This document shows, one piece after another, positions 48,245 through 49,886 of a DNA stretch of 49,886 bases. The stretch lies in the NCBI RefSeq assembly GCF_028641065.1, contig NW_026576938.1, forward strand, positions 62,001 through 111,886, in the 5' to 3' direction. Every line of letters starts with the position of its first letter. Position 1 is the stretch's first letter. This DNA comes from Leucoraja erinacea (lineage: Eukaryota). Below the pieces are notes generated by a model that saw only the letters and a list, made by a program, of their open reading frames with translations, was not told the DNA's origin and searched no databases. The translations under genes and the position numbers were made by a program.

Positions 48245-48812
48245 TTTTTTTTAATATCTCAAAATAGACTTTATTCAGGTAATAAATATATACATACATG
48301 AACCATGCAAAAAAATAACCTGACATTTTCGGAGGCTATACAAATTGTTCAATACAGTCTACATACATTGCTCAAATGTCACAAATCTGTCCCCCACCCT
48401 TGCCACTCATGTGGCCCCCTGGTGTGTGGGATCCCTTCTCTTATTTTGAGGGGTGTCTCCACCACACCCTGCCCCCCATGTCCAGCAGCGGAAGGACCCT
48501 AGACTGTGGCCCTCCCCCACCGAGCCTTGGCGTTGGCTGCACCAAGCTTCAGCGAGTCCCTTAGCACGTACTCCTGCAGTCTGCAGTGGGCCAGTCGGCA
48601 ACATTCCCTGACGGACATCTCACTCTGCTGGGTGGTGAGCAACGCTCGGGCAGACCAAAGAGCGTCTTTGACCGAGTTGATGACCCTCCAGCAGCACTCG
48701 ATGTCAGTCTCTGAATGTGTCCCTGGGAACAGTCCGTAAATCACAGAGTCCTCTGTGACGGAGCTGTTGGGGATAAACCATGACAGGGACCCTTGCAGAC
48801 CTCTCCAGACTC
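48245..48812 (-). mobile_element. Tx1-like LINE 3' fragment
   Basis: RVW..VIYGLFPG..CWRVINSVKDALWSAR..LQEYVLRD..W; AATAAA and poly-A at the left end. Confidence 0.75.
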
Positions 48813-49410
48813 TCGGGTCGGGCAGCATCTCTGGAGAATTCTGTGTCCATGTTTGGCAAAAACCAGCAACTGCAATTCCTGCCTACATGGAGGAGGGGAG
48901 GTTTCGATAGGGCAGATGGGTGGACAAAGACCAGAGATGAGCAGACAAAGAGTGTGAGATAAGGATAGAAGAGGTGTGAATGGTGAAGGCAGGGAAAGAA
49001 ATAGGTAGAATGGGCTGGGGACGGGGGTGGGGGGGGGATGATGGAGAGGGAGAGGGAGAGGGGGAGAAATAATGCGGGGATTAAAGATAGCGGAGTCAGT
49101 GGATATGGGGAGAAGGCAGGAACGAGGTACTGGTTGGGGATGATCAGCCATGATCACATTGAATGGCGGTGCTGGTTCGAAGGGCCGAATGGCCTACTCC
49201 TGCACCTATTGTCTATTGTCTGTTGTGTGAAAAGGTTACCCCTCAGATTCCTATTAAATCTTTTCCCCTTCACCTTGACCCTATGTCCTCTGGTCCTCGA
49301 TTCCCCTACTCTGGGTAAGAGACTCTGTGCATCTACCCGATCTATTCTTCTCATGAAAACGTCTCGCTGAATTTGTATTTAAGAAGGAACTGCAGATGCT
49401 GGAAAATCAA

Positions 49411-49446
49411 AGGTCTGAAGAAGGGCTCTGGCCCGAAACGTTGCCT
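49411..49446 (+). ncRNA. Minimal hammerhead ribozyme motif, best-paired copy
   Basis: AGGT-CTGAAGA-a-GGGC tctg GCCC-GAAA-CG-TT-GCCT: 4-bp stem I, stem II variant that keeps pairing. Confidence 0.72.
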
Positions 49447-49886
49447 ATTTCCTTCGCTCCATAGATGCTGCTGCACCCGCTGAGTTTCTGCAGCATTTTT
49501 GTCTACCTTCGCTGATTTTGTAGCCAGCAGCCTCCTTGCAGCAATGAAATATTTCTGAGCGTCAAGGTTGGAAAAGGAAGTAACGTGAAGAGAAACTTGT
49601 TGTAAGGATGAGTTGAAGTGTTGCCTTTTGTCTCTGAGCTTGTTAATCACTGTTCTCAGTGGGACTGGCGGAGAGGCTCGCTGTTTAATCAGGAGCTCAG
49701 TGCCATTGTCTCTTTGAAGGTGTTCCTCAGCTTATCTGACCCGCAACATCAAGAGCTGCCAATCACCCTTCTTTCACTCATCTTCTGGCTTGAAACTTGC
49801 ATAACAATGGCAGTATGGCCAAGGGCAATTTCAGATGATCTTTCAGAAAACCTGCAACCAGGGAGCTTCACATCTGACATTCCTTC

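Noticed and set aside
1-49886. CRISPR array or prokaryotic system
   Set aside because: No regularly spaced repeat-spacer structure; the content is spliced vertebrate genes and eukaryotic transposons

Overview
Eukaryotic, repeat-rich vertebrate DNA. The CR1/HER1-like LINEs, Rex1-like LINEs, Penelope-derived short repeats and tRNA-SINEs suggest a cartilaginous fish such as a skate or ray (inference). 1-19035 is a head-to-tail array of ~6.7-kb units, each with an intronless heat-inducible Hsp70 gene and a full promoter (HSEs, CCAAT boxes, AP-1, TATA). Copy 2 has a GE>GK change in the substrate-binding domain. Copy 3 has a Cys>TGA stop that removes the EEVD tail. 21835-43585 holds an 8-exon NPDC1/CAB-1-family type I membrane protein gene that is not visible as one ORF in the track. 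I rebuilt it by hand from splice sites and phases (795 nt, 264 aa); it may be an MHC-region paralogue of NPDC1. The rest is transposon debris. This includes many Penelope-derived repeats carrying minimal hammerhead-ribozyme cores, a Penelope RT/GIY-YIG remnant ending near telomere-like repeats, a class I ERV pol fragment, a hAT-type element carrying a CCAAT array, a LINE insertion with a 98-bp target-site duplication, and a perfect 73-bp-arm palindrome just upstream of the NPDC1-like gene. Repeat boundaries are approximate unless stated as exact.
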